Shown: positions 17,161-26,482, counted from the stretch's first letter. The stretch is DNA of 42,405 nucleotides from Gammaproteobacteria bacterium (GCA_049669065.1 JBATKC010000097.1:1-42405); one strand, 5' to 3'. Notes: generated by a model not told the origin, from the letters alone. Translations and numbers: made by a program.

Positions 17161-18126
17161 CTACGCGGTCGGCCACACCGTGAACTTGTCGAGCTCGGCG
17201 TCCAGCCCCGCCTTGACGAATTCCGTGGTGCGCAGGTAGTCGGTCTCTCGCAAGTCCTCGTAACAGGGTACCTGGGGATTGCGATACAGGATGCCGACCG
17301 GTATCGCGTCGGTGATCGATGCGATCTCACGCGCCCGGTCCAGGTCGGACGGATCGTGGCGCTCCTGATTCCGATAGACGCGCGCCAGGGCTGGACTGAC
17401 CCGGATGCCGTCCTCATGATGCACCAGGTGGATTCGGTCCGGATCGTGGAGCCAGGGCTCGAATAGGCTGGGCAACCACTCGGGACAGCGCTGGACGATG
17501 CGGATAAACGAAAAACCGCGGTGCCTGAACGCCGCCGTGACGATGTCGTAGAGGACCTCCGGGATCCAGTCCACGGCCTGAGCGACGAAAGATGCGTTTT
17601 GCACCCCCAGGGTCACGGTCAGAGGTTGCATCGCCTCGAGGAACGCGCCGTGGGGTGTGGTGTTGCTCTTCAGCCCCTTAGGCGACGTCGGCGACGCCTG
17701 CATCTTGGTCAGGCCATAGATCTGATTGTCGTGCAGGAACACCGTCATGTTCATGTTGTAGCGGATGGCGTGGATCCAGTGAGCTGCGCCGATGCTGCAG
17801 CAATCGCCGTCGCCAGTATTGACGAACACGTGCAGGTCCTTGCGCGCCATCCGTACGCCCTCGGCCAGCGGTAAGGCGCGCCCGTGGATGCCGTGGAATC
17901 CATAAGTCTTCATGTAGTGGGGGAACCGGCTGGAGCAACCGATACCGGATACGAAAACCGTCTTCTCCGGTCTGAGTTGCTCGTCACGACACAGGCGCTG
18001 GACAGCCGCCAGGATGGCGTTGTCGCCGCATCCGGTGCACCAGCGCGGCACGCCACTCTGGTAGTCCTCGAGTTCGTGACGCTGTTCGTATAGCTTCAGC
18101 AGACAGTGGCTTGCGGCAGTGGCCAT
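17161..18126 (-). CDS. korB: 2-oxoglutarate/2-oxoacid:ferredoxin oxidoreductase, beta (TPP-binding) subunit
   Basis: Cys ligands are present at CTGCGD and GIGCSSRF. The TPP motif is TGDGDCCSIG...HDNQIYGLT. 321 aa, matching two-subunit KorAB enzymes. Confidence 0.9.
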   Translation of the reverse strand: MATAASHCLLKLYEQRHELEDYQSGVPRWCTGCGDNAILAAVQRLCRDEQLRPEKTVFVSGIGCSSRFPHYMKTYGFHGIHGRALPLAEGVRMARKDLHVFVNTGDGDCCSIGAAHWIHAIRYNMNMTVFLHDNQIYGLTKMQASPTSPKGLKSNTTPHGAFLEAMQPLTVTLGVQNASFVAQAVDWIPEVLYDIVTAAFRHRGFSFIRIVQRCPEWLPSLFEPWLHDPDRIHLVHHEDGIRVSPALARVYRNQERHDPSDLDRAREIASITDAIPVGILYRNPQVPCYEDLRETDYLRTTEFVKAGLDAELDKFTVWPTA

Positions 18127-18130
18127 AGAC

Positions 18131-20077
18131 TTATCCTCGGTGCGGCGCGTTGCCGCCAGTCTGATCGTGTGGATCGAGTCGTTTCCGTATTACCTGACAG
18201 ATCGCGCCCGGTTTGATCGGCGCGCCCCGCACCTGCGTCCAGCAGTCCACATCCGCCAGATAGCGGGATCTCAACAACATCGCCAGCGCCGAATAGCGCC
18301 GGTTGTGCTCATCGATAAACCGGTCCTGAGTGCTGTCACTCCAGTTCGTTTCGATGGTCATGACCTGGTCAAAACGCCGCATGATCTCATCGATCCCGGG
18401 CGCCATCGGTTGCAGGAATTTGAGATGCAACGAGGCTACCCGGTAGCCCTCGCTGCGCATGCGCTCCACCGCCTCTTCGACCGCCCCGCGGGTGCTGCCC
18501 CAACCGATGAGCAGCAGCTCACCGCTGTCGTCACCGAACACCGCCGGCGGCTTGAGTGTCTTCTGCAGCGCTGCCAGTTTGAGGCTGCGGGCACGCAGAC
18601 CTTCCTCGTTGATGTCCGGATCGTAGGCGACATGGCTGTCGCGATCGTGCGCCAGCCCGGTCACCGTATGCATGCCGCCTGGCTGGCCGGGCACGATACG
18701 GCGGGCCAGCCCGGTGTCCGGGTCCCAGTCATAGGGCCGCGTGCCGGCCGCGACCGGGCTCTGATCCACCGGCGGGGCCATCCACGCCTCGTTGAATTCG
18801 GGCCGCCGGAAGGGCGTCTGACCGGTCGCCAGGCTGGCGTCGGATAATACGACGACCACCATGTTGAAGGTCTCCGCGATCTTGCGCGCAGTAATCACCG
18901 AGTAGAAACAGTCCTCGACCGTGCTCGCCGCCATCACGACTTTTGGCGCATCACCATGGCTGCCGAACATCGTCGTCAGAAGGTCCCCTTGCTCGACCTT
19001 GGTCGGCTGGCCGGTGCTCGGCCCGCCGCGCTGCACATTCACCACGACCAGCGGAATCTCGGCCATCACTGCGAGACCGATAGCTTCCTGCTTGAGCGAA
19101 TACCCGGGACCCGAGGTGATGGTGACGGTGCATTTGCCGGCGTACGAGGCGCCGATAGCGAATGCGCAGGCGGCGATCTCGTCCTCCGCCTGATGAACCA
19201 CGCCGCCGACCTTCTCGAACACTTCGGCCAGATAATGCGACGCCGAGGTAGCCGGCGTGATCGGGTACATGGCGCAGATCTCCATGCCCGAAGCCAGAAC
19301 ACCGAGCGCGAGCGCCGTATTGCCATTGACGACGACCTGTGCCTCGGTAGCCGGCGTGGCCGGGATACGGTATTTGAATGGCAGATTGCGTTCTGCCCAG
19401 TCGCAGCCGGCCTGAAGCAACACGATGTTGCTATCGATCACCTCGCGCGACTTCTTGCGGAAAGTCAGCGCGATCTGCTCACGCGCCAGGTCCATATCGA
19501 GGCTATAGATATTGCACAGCATCCCGAGAGCGAACATGTTTTTGCCACGAGCCGCGTCCGGCGCGGCGCGTTTGCATTCCCGCTCCATCGGGATCTCGAT
19601 CAGCAGGTACCCGGCCGAGACCAGTTGCTCACAGGTATCTGCATAGGCAGAAGCGATGCGTGGATCGGTCTCGTCACGCCACTTGTCCTCGAGCAGGATC
19701 GTGCACCCGGGCTTTAGTTCCCCGGCGCGGACCCGGCCGAGCAGCACCTGCTCGTTGAACGCCACCACGAGATCGGTCTCATCACCGCCATTTGTCACCC
19801 GCTTCGAGCCCAGGCGGATGCGGTTGCCGCTGGCGCCGGCCACGCTCCTCGCTGGCGGCCGGATCTCAGCCGGGATGATCTCGACGGTCCAGACGCCATT
19901 GCCCATGCGCGCTGCGATGGCGCCCAGCGATTGTCCGCAGCGTTGAGCGCCTTCGCCGGAATCGCTGATGATCTCGATCACGTGTTGCTCGATATCGCTG
20001 ACTGACTTGACCAGCCGCGGTGTCCGCGAGCTGATCGGCTGCGGGCTAGCGGCCGGGGATATGTTGGTCTGGTTCAT
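18131..20077 (-). CDS. korA: 2-oxoglutarate/2-oxoacid:ferredoxin oxidoreductase, alpha subunit (fused gamma+alpha domains)
   Basis: 648 aa. The N-terminal gamma-like domain contains GEGAQRCGQ. The alpha domain contains MYPITPATSASHYL. There is a 4-nt gap to korB. Confidence 0.9.
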   Translation of the reverse strand: MNQTNISPAASPQPISSRTPRLVKSVSDIEQHVIEIISDSGEGAQRCGQSLGAIAARMGNGVWTVEIIPAEIRPPARSVAGASGNRIRLGSKRVTNGGDETDLVVAFNEQVLLGRVRAGELKPGCTILLEDKWRDETDPRIASAYADTCEQLVSAGYLLIEIPMERECKRAAPDAARGKNMFALGMLCNIYSLDMDLAREQIALTFRKKSREVIDSNIVLLQAGCDWAERNLPFKYRIPATPATEAQVVVNGNTALALGVLASGMEICAMYPITPATSASHYLAEVFEKVGGVVHQAEDEIAACAFAIGASYAGKCTVTITSGPGYSLKQEAIGLAVMAEIPLVVVNVQRGGPSTGQPTKVEQGDLLTTMFGSHGDAPKVVMAASTVEDCFYSVITARKIAETFNMVVVVLSDASLATGQTPFRRPEFNEAWMAPPVDQSPVAAGTRPYDWDPDTGLARRIVPGQPGGMHTVTGLAHDRDSHVAYDPDINEEGLRARSLKLAALQKTLKPPAVFGDDSGELLLIGWGSTRGAVEEAVERMRSEGYRVASLHLKFLQPMAPGIDEIMRRFDQVMTIETNWSDSTQDRFIDEHNRRYSALAMLLRSRYLADVDCWTQVRGAPIKPGAICQVIRKRLDPHDQTGGNAPHRG

Positions 20078-20082
20078 AGGCT

Positions 20083-21582
20083 TCAGGCAGATGTCCGTAT
20101 GCGGACGAAGTTGCGCTCCCTCAGATCGATGCCGAACAGGGTGTCGGCGCCCGGTGCCAGATACGGCGCGTCCGCATCGCGGATGCCGAGATAGCGCCGC
20201 ATTTTTCGCGCCGCCTTGCGACCGGCGCCCATGGCCTCGATCACCGTCGCCGCCCCGGTGACGATGTCACCACCGGCGAATACACCCGGCATCGACGTGG
20301 CCAGGTCTTCGTCGGTCTCGATGTAGCCCCATTTGTTTAGCGAGAGCTTCGACGTTTGTCCGATGATCGGATTGGCGTTGGTGCCGATGGCGACGACGAC
20401 CAGGTCGACGTCGATATCGTGCTCGCTTTCACCGACCGGCACCGGTCGGCGCCGACAGGAGTCATCCGGCTCGCCGAGTTCCATGCGCACGCAGCGGAGG
20501 CCACGCACGCCCCCCTCGCCGTCGTCCAGGACGGCGACCGGATTGGTGAGCCACTTGAACTGGATGCCTTCCTGCTCTGCGTGATGGACTTCCTCGGCCC
20601 GCGCCGGCGCTTCCGCGCGGCTGCGTCGGTAGATACAGAAGACCTCTTCGGCGCCTAGTCGCAGACACACGCGCATCGCATCCATCGCGGTATTGCCGGC
20701 ACCGACGACCGCGACACGCCTGGCCGGAGGCATCGGCGTGTCGTAGGCAGGGAATTCTCTGGCGCGCATCAGGTTGCAGCGGGTCAGCAGTTCGTTAGCC
20801 GACAACACGCCATTGAGGGAATCGCCGGGCACACCGAGCATGTTGGGGTAGCCGGCACCGGTGCCGATAAAGACCGCATGGAAACCGAGCTCGTCGATCA
20901 TCTGCTCGATGGTGAACAGCCGCCCGACCAGCGTGTTGCACTCGAAGTGGACGCCGAGCTTCTCGAGGTTGCCCATCTCCGCATCGATCACCTCATTGGG
21001 TAAGCGGAAATCCGGGATGCCATAACGCAACACACCACCGGATTGATGGAAGGCCTCGTAGACGGTGACTTCGCAACCCGCTTTGGCCATGTCGGCGGCG
21101 CAGGCCATGCCGGCCGGACCGGCGCCGACGATGCCGATGCGAAAACCCGCGGATTCGATATAAGGGACGTTGGCCCAGCCGGCGGTAATGGCCATGTCAC
21201 CGACAAAGCGCTCGAGCCTGCCGATCGCCACGGGCTCCAGGGTATCGCCGACCGTGCACACGCCCTCGCATTGGGTCTCCTGGGGACACACGCGTCCGCA
21301 CACGGCCGGTAGCAGGTTGGTGGTGGTGATGACGTCGTAGGCGCCGCGGAAGTCCTTTTCGGTGAGCCTTTGGATAAACGCGGGGATATTGACACCCACC
21401 GGACAACCCGCGACACAGGGCTGTTCGGGACACATCAGGCAGCGATCCGCCTCGACCAGGGCCTCCTCTTTGCTATAGCCGTGGGAGACCTCATCGAAGT
21501 TCGTGATCCGCTGACCGGGTTCCTGCTCGGCGACCGGTGTGCGTGCCTGCGGGATCGTGCGGATGGTCCGTTTCTTTGCCAC
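20083..21582 (-). CDS. GltD/NfnB/SudA-like NAD(P)H-dependent iron-sulfur flavoprotein (glutamate synthase small-subunit homologue)
   Basis: Two 4Fe-4S-type Cys clusters (CLMCPEQPCVAGCP and CGRVCPQETQCEGVC). Dinucleotide folds are IGIVGAGPAGMACA and VAVVGAGNTAMD, with GGDIVTGAATV near the C-terminus. GTG start 6 nt after the upstream stop. Confidence 0.85.
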   Translation of the reverse strand: MAKKRTIRTIPQARTPVAEQEPGQRITNFDEVSHGYSKEEALVEADRCLMCPEQPCVAGCPVGVNIPAFIQRLTEKDFRGAYDVITTTNLLPAVCGRVCPQETQCEGVCTVGDTLEPVAIGRLERFVGDMAITAGWANVPYIESAGFRIGIVGAGPAGMACAADMAKAGCEVTVYEAFHQSGGVLRYGIPDFRLPNEVIDAEMGNLEKLGVHFECNTLVGRLFTIEQMIDELGFHAVFIGTGAGYPNMLGVPGDSLNGVLSANELLTRCNLMRAREFPAYDTPMPPARRVAVVGAGNTAMDAMRVCLRLGAEEVFCIYRRSRAEAPARAEEVHHAEQEGIQFKWLTNPVAVLDDGEGGVRGLRCVRMELGEPDDSCRRRPVPVGESEHDIDVDLVVVAIGTNANPIIGQTSKLSLNKWGYIETDEDLATSMPGVFAGGDIVTGAATVIEAMGAGRKAARKMRRYLGIRDADAPYLAPGADTLFGIDLRERNFVRIRTSA

Positions 21583-21588
21583 GCTCGA

Positions 21589-22494
21589 TTACTTTCCGCT
21601 CTCGGGCGACGGCGCCCGTGCGCCCTCGGGCTGCTGTGCCATGCGGCAGTGCTCCGACCAGCGCTCCATGGCGGCTTTTTCCTCGTCCGAGAAACGACGC
21701 AGCCGGGCCATCAGGTCAGCGAAATCCACCTGATGGCCGTCGAAGTCCGGTCCATCGACACAGGCGAATTTGACCTGGTCGCCGACCTTGACCCGACAGC
21801 CCCCGCACATGCCGGTACCGTCTATCATCACCGGGTTCAGCGATACCATGGTCTTGATCCCGTAGGGGCGGGTCATCTCCGCGGCACCCTGCATCATCAC
21901 CGGCGGCCCGATCGCCACACATTCATCGATATCCGGATGCGTCTCCAGCGCCAGCCGGATGCCTTCGGTGACGCGGCCCTCGACGCCAGCCGATCCATCG
22001 TCGGTACAGACGATGACTTCATCGCAACAGGCCTCGAATTTTTCTTTCCAGAAGATCAGGCTGCTGGTGCGGAAACCCAGCACCGCGATCACGCTGGCGC
22101 CATTCTCCTTGAAAGACCGGGCCTGAGGATAGATCGGCGCGACGCCGAGACCGCCACCGACACAGAGCACCTTGTGTCCCTGGCCGAGCTCGCTGGGCAT
22201 ACCCATGGGTCCGACCATGCCGTGCAGACAACGGCCCACGGTGCAGATCTGCTGCATCTCGCGAGTCGATTTGCCCACCGCCTGGATGACCAGGGTGATG
22301 GTGCCCTGGTCGCGGTCATAGTCTGCGATAGTCAGCGGGATCCGCTCGCTGTGCTCGTGGGCCATCACTATCACGAACTGGCCCGGCCGGGCCGCCTTCG
22401 CCATCATCGGATGATAAATCTCGAGCAGATACGTGGCGTCCGAGAAGTCTTCCCGCGCCACGATCTCGAATCTCGATCGCTGGTCGCTATCCAT
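21589..22494 (-). CDS. NfnA/SudB-like FAD/NAD-binding 2Fe-2S subunit (dihydroorotate dehydrogenase electron-transfer-subunit family)
   Basis: FNR-like fold (RIPLTIADY, VLCVGGGLGVAPI) and a C-terminal cluster motif MCGGCRVKVGDQVKFACVDGPDF. It is the first gene of the operon. Confidence 0.8.
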   Translation of the reverse strand: MDSDQRSRFEIVAREDFSDATYLLEIYHPMMAKAARPGQFVIVMAHEHSERIPLTIADYDRDQGTITLVIQAVGKSTREMQQICTVGRCLHGMVGPMGMPSELGQGHKVLCVGGGLGVAPIYPQARSFKENGASVIAVLGFRTSSLIFWKEKFEACCDEVIVCTDDGSAGVEGRVTEGIRLALETHPDIDECVAIGPPVMMQGAAEMTRPYGIKTMVSLNPVMIDGTGMCGGCRVKVGDQVKFACVDGPDFDGHQVDFADLMARLRRFSDEEKAAMERWSEHCRMAQQPEGARAPSPESGK

Positions 22495-22724
22495 CTCAAC
22501 AGGTTCCCCGTATGCAGCCGGTGGCCTCCGGCATCCGCGGTATCCATCAGGGTCAAGCGTAGCCCTGATCCGGACGGTTCACACCTAGATGTTAGTCGTA
22601 CCCCGGGTAAGAAAATCTGTGTGGAAAGTCAGCACCGCAGGCCAGGGGACCATCCGGGGTGTGGACCGGGTGCATCCGGGCGGGTTCGGGGCACGGGATC
22701 CAGATCGAGCGCCGGATCCCGACC

Positions 22725-23483
22725 TCAGCCAGCGGGCTTTTTGAACAGCAGGGTGAATCGGTCAGTGTTACCCCTGACCGTGCGCCGGCCCACTTCGTAG
22801 CGCAGCGCGTCGTCGGGCCGATAATGCAGATCGCTCCAGTCGACGAACTCGAACCCCGCCTCCAGCGCCTCGTGGATCATCCGTACCGGGTCGACGCGCC
22901 GCCTGTTCTCGGGGCCATCAGGCTCCATGTGACGCCGGGAGTGATCCACGACGCCATAGAGCCCGCCGGGCCGGAGCGCCTCGAACACCGCCTCGTTGAG
23001 ACTGGCCCGACCCGCCGGGGTCAGGTTGTGAGCATTGCGGAAGGTCAGGACCAGATCCAGGTCTTCCTGCCAGAACGAGAACGGTTCCAGATCGAAGACG
23101 CCTCGGATGCCGGTCGAGCTCATCAGCGGATTTACATCGAGCACCTGCGCCGTGGCCAGTTCCGGCGTCCGGGCGATCACGTCCTGGATCCGGTCTGTGG
23201 ACAGCGCGAGATACAGCTCCCCGCGTTCCGCCAGCACCGGAGCCAGCAGCTTGGTATACCAGCCGGTGCCAGGGAACAGCTCAAGCACCCGCATATCGTC
23301 CCGCAAGCCCATAAACTCAAGGGTTTCCGTCGGGCGGCGATTCGCGTCCCTGGCCTTCTCCGCCTCGGTGCGTATGGAGCTATCCATCGCGGCGGCCAGC
23401 TTGCGGTGCCACGATGCGTCCGCGCCCGTGGCGGGATGCGCGACCGATAAGCCCATGACCACGAGCAACACGATTTTTCTCAT
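22725..23483 (-). CDS. Secreted class I SAM-dependent methyltransferase-like protein
   Basis: I place the start at ATG 23483 (AAGGAG RBS), giving the signal peptide MRKIVLLVVMGLSVAHPATGA. Motif I-like VLELFPGTGWYTKLLAPVL is present. The ORF track's upstream extension to 23594 lacks an RBS. Confidence 0.7.
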   Translation of the reverse strand: MRKIVLLVVMGLSVAHPATGADASWHRKLAAAMDSSIRTEAEKARDANRRPTETLEFMGLRDDMRVLELFPGTGWYTKLLAPVLAERGELYLALSTDRIQDVIARTPELATAQVLDVNPLMSSTGIRGVFDLEPFSFWQEDLDLVLTFRNAHNLTPAGRASLNEAVFEALRPGGLYGVVDHSRRHMEPDGPENRRRVDPVRMIHEALEAGFEFVDWSDLHYRPDDALRYEVGRRTVRGNTDRFTLLFKKPAG

Positions 23484-23664
23484 CGGTATCTCCTTGCGAT
23501 CGGGCGATGTTCTAACGCGGCGCGCACTACCGCAAGCCCGCTGCCAGGTCCCGAGGGATCGTCCGGAGTCTCTTGGCTGTACTATCCTTTGCAAGGGAAT
23601 CAGCGCCGATCAGGCCCCTTCGGGGCCGCGCCCGTATGCGCCCACTTTTTTGGGAGGACCAAGG

Positions 23665-24168
23665 ATGAAAAGCAAGATTCATACTGTGCTGTGCTGTGCT
23701 CTGCTGCTCGCCATATCGGCATCGGCGGCCGCCGAAGACGCGACCTTCGAGATCACGGTGATGACGCCGGATACCGCGGTCAAGGTTGCCCAGGCCGCAC
23801 TTGCGGACTGTCGCAGCAAGGGTTTTCAGGTGGCGGTGGTCGTGGTCGACCGGATGGGCGTGCCGCAGGCGATGATCCGCGATCGCTATGCGGGGCCGCA
23901 CACGCCGGATACCGCCTTCCGCAAGGCCTGGACCGCGGTGAGTTTCCGGGAATCCACCCTGCTCATGTCCGAAAACACGGGAGCGGGATCGCCCCAGGCT
24001 GGAGTCAGGCATGTTACCAATGCGCTGATGCTCGGCGGCGGCGTGCCGATCGAGGCGGGTGGCTCGATCGTCGGTGGCGTAGGCGTCTCCGGCGCTCCCG
24101 GCGGGGATGAGGACGACGTATGCGGCCGGGCGGGGATCGAGGCCGTTATGGCGGACCTGGAGTTTTGA
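23665..24168 (+). CDS. Secreted GlcG/HbpS-like (DUF336) heme-binding-family protein
   Basis: ATG 23665 with a GGAGG RBS. The signal peptide is MKSKIHTVLCCALLLAISASAAA. GlcG-like sequence follows: VAVVVVDRMGVPQAMIRDRYAGPHT...GGGVPIEAGGSIVGGVGVSGAPGGDEDD. The long ORF-track extension (from 23035) runs antisense to the methyltransferase gene. Confidence 0.8.
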   Translation: MKSKIHTVLCCALLLAISASAAAEDATFEITVMTPDTAVKVAQAALADCRSKGFQVAVVVVDRMGVPQAMIRDRYAGPHTPDTAFRKAWTAVSFRESTLLMSENTGAGSPQAGVRHVTNALMLGGGVPIEAGGSIVGGVGVSGAPGGDEDDVCGRAGIEAVMADLEF

Positions 24169-24648
24169 TCAGGGTTTGATCAGCACGTAGCCCTGGCGCA
24201 CCCGCTCGACGATGTGGGCCGCGCCGGTCTGCACCGGGATGGTGTGCTCGTTGAGTTCGGGCCGTTTGCCGGTGTTGCGCTCCCAGGTATCGATGGTATT
24301 CATACAGCCGACGAAGCGCACGCCGCTTTCCACCAGGCTGGAGATCCGTTGCTCGCGCGGGTTACCTGCGACCAGCAGCGTCATGCCGGCACCGAATGCG
24401 ATGATCTCGATATCGACCAGATCCGGGCTGCCGTAGTGCTTGATCAGGTTGTTGGCGATGTTCAGCACGGCGTCCTGTTTGTCGGGGTCCTGTTCGCTCA
24501 ATTGCAGGATGATAAAGGTCTCGGCGAAGGGCTTTTCCTCGCTGACCGGTGCCTCACCGGCGATCGCTCCGGTCATCGACGCCACTGACAATACTGCGGC
24601 GCTCGCGACGCCACATAGAAGAGTGCCTATCATGGAGATCAGAGGCAT
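24169..24648 (-). CDS. DsrE/DsrF-like (COG1416-type) sulfur-relay-fold protein with N-terminal hydrophobic signal or anchor
   Basis: IILQLSEQDPDKQDAVLNIANNL...IEIIAFGAGMTLL...VRFVGCMNTI matches the DsrE-fold pattern, including the conserved Cys. It starts 21 nt after soxB on the same strand. Confidence 0.65.
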   Translation of the reverse strand: MPLISMIGTLLCGVASAAVLSVASMTGAIAGEAPVSEEKPFAETFIILQLSEQDPDKQDAVLNIANNLIKHYGSPDLVDIEIIAFGAGMTLLVAGNPREQRISSLVESGVRFVGCMNTIDTWERNTGKRPELNEHTIPVQTGAAHIVERVRQGYVLIKP

Positions 24649-24669
24649 GGATAAATCCTGGCGTTGCCC

Positions 24670-26445
24670 TCAGGAAGGATAGTCGGAAATGCCGGGATTG
24701 TTCTCCACGTTCTTCAGCACCGGCGTGTTGAGCCGATCCACGCGGATGGTTTTCTCGGACCGCAGGTATTCTGCGACCACCTCCCAGACCGGGCGCCCTG
24801 GAGACTCGGATCCGACCGTGGCCCAGCCGGTCACCTTGTATTGTTTACCGGCCTCGATGAGTTCGCCGGAATCCAGCGTCATATTGCTGATCCGGCTGCC
24901 AATGTCTGCGAGCGGATCGCAGACATAGTTCATGCCGCCGAGCCGGACCATGTCACCGCCCTGCTGATAGTAGGGATCGGGGTTGAACAGGTTATCGCAC
25001 ACGTCCTCGAGGATCAGCTTGAGCTCCTCGCCGGTCATGTCCCGGACATAGGTTTCCGGATAGGTGATACAGGTCTGGTCCAGCAACCGTTCCATGGTGA
25101 TCGGATCACCGGGCAGGATGCTGGTGCCCCAGCGGAAACCCGGCGACAGGGCAATCTGGGCGTCTTCCACCGCCATCAATCCGTCACAGATCACCTGGTC
25201 GAAGGTGCCGCTGAAATTGCCGCGCCGGTACAGGACCGTCTCGGCGATCGCCAGCTGTTCATCCAGTCGCTCCCGGTACGGTGCCCGCATGTCTTCGATG
25301 TAGGCCGCCATCTCCGCATCGGCAGGCAGAAGATCGGAGAAGATCGGCAGCAGCCGATAGCGGAAGTCCCGCACCCGGCCCGGTCCCAGGTCCAGATCCA
25401 GCACCGCGAGGAACTTGCCGTTGGAGCCGGCGTTGGTGACCACGGTCGTGCCGCCGGCCGCATTCTTGACGAGGCTGGGGACCGGCATGCCGTCGTGGGT
25501 GTGGCCACCGAGAATGAAATCGATACCGGAAGTGGCCGAGGCCAATTTCAGGTCCACGTCCATGCCGTTATGCGACAGCAGGACCACCGCCGCGGGATCG
25601 AGTCCTTGACGGATCTGGTCGACCAGAGCCTGGAGCTCATCGGCACGGATGCCGAAGGTCCAGTTCGGGATAAAGCGAGACGGGTTGGCGATCGGCGTGT
25701 ATGGGAATGCCTGACCGATCACGGCGACCCTGTTGCCGCCGATCTGTCTCATCGTGTACGGGGGAAACGCGTGACCCTCCTCGTCAAAGGCCGGCACATC
25801 GAAAAACGCCGCGTCGTCGGTGAGCTTGACATTTTGTGCCACGAACTCACCGTTGAAACTCTCGACATTGGCGCGAATCTCGTCCTCCAGATAGGTGAAC
25901 TCCCAATGGCCGGTCATGATGTCGACGCCGAGCAGGTTGCAGGCATCCACCATGTCGCGGCCCCGGGTCCACAGCGCGGTCCCGGAGCCCTGCCAGGTAT
26001 CGCCGCTATCAAGCAGCAGCGCCTCTCCACCAGGCGCCTCGGCACGGAGTTTCTTCACCAGCGTAGCCAGATGAGAGAAACCGCCCACCTTGCCGAGGCG
26101 ACGTGCCTCGGACTCGAAATCGAGGTAGGTGAATGCATGGCCATCCGGGGTGCCCGAAGGGATGTCCGCATACCGGAGCAGAGCCTCCCCAACCAGGTGC
26201 GGCAGCTTGCCCTCGCGGTCCCCTACGCCGATGTTGACGTTGGGTTCGCGAAAATAGACCGGCATCAACTGCGCATGGCAGTCGGCAAAATGCAGGATCC
26301 GGCCGTTGCCGAACGACGTCATGTCATACATGCCGCCCAGTCCGGCCGCTGCATTGCTGCGACGTCCACGGCCCGAAGCACAACCAGCCGTACTGCCCGC
26401 GAGCACACCCATGCCCAGCAGGCGCAGGAATTCCCTACGTTCCAT
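24670..26445 (-). CDS. soxB: SoxB thiosulfohydrolase (dimanganese 5'-nucleotidase-family)
   Basis: Tat signal MERREFLRLLGMGVL. Metallophosphoesterase motifs are HFADCH, DSGDTWQGS, GHWEF and GGHTHD. 591 aa. Confidence 0.95.
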   Translation of the reverse strand: MERREFLRLLGMGVLAGSTAGCASGRGRRSNAAAGLGGMYDMTSFGNGRILHFADCHAQLMPVYFREPNVNIGVGDREGKLPHLVGEALLRYADIPSGTPDGHAFTYLDFESEARRLGKVGGFSHLATLVKKLRAEAPGGEALLLDSGDTWQGSGTALWTRGRDMVDACNLLGVDIMTGHWEFTYLEDEIRANVESFNGEFVAQNVKLTDDAAFFDVPAFDEEGHAFPPYTMRQIGGNRVAVIGQAFPYTPIANPSRFIPNWTFGIRADELQALVDQIRQGLDPAAVVLLSHNGMDVDLKLASATSGIDFILGGHTHDGMPVPSLVKNAAGGTTVVTNAGSNGKFLAVLDLDLGPGRVRDFRYRLLPIFSDLLPADAEMAAYIEDMRAPYRERLDEQLAIAETVLYRRGNFSGTFDQVICDGLMAVEDAQIALSPGFRWGTSILPGDPITMERLLDQTCITYPETYVRDMTGEELKLILEDVCDNLFNPDPYYQQGGDMVRLGGMNYVCDPLADIGSRISNMTLDSGELIEAGKQYKVTGWATVGSESPGRPVWEVVAEYLRSEKTIRVDRLNTPVLKNVENNPGISDYPS

Positions 26446-26482
26446 GCGTCTCCCTCGCGACCGCCAGGCGGTCGCCGCTCAG

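Noticed and set aside
21370-22800. 476-aa plus-strand ORF antisense to the nfn-like genes
   Set aside because: It is a shadow ORF with a biased Arg/His/Asp/Leu composition. The opposite strand encodes proteins with intact Fe-S and dinucleotide-binding motifs.
23035-23664. Long N-terminal extension of the GlcG-like ORF (the track calls 377 aa)
   Set aside because: The extension runs antisense through the methyltransferase-like gene and has an odd Ser/Arg-rich composition. A GGAGG RBS, an ATG and a signal peptide occur at 23665.
24166-24183. Direct repeat TGATCAG...TGATCAG at the GlcG-like / DsrE-like junction
   Set aside because: The first copy is accounted for by the abutting convergent stop codons and the second by the codons for the C-terminal LIKP. 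There is no evidence of an att or repeat element.
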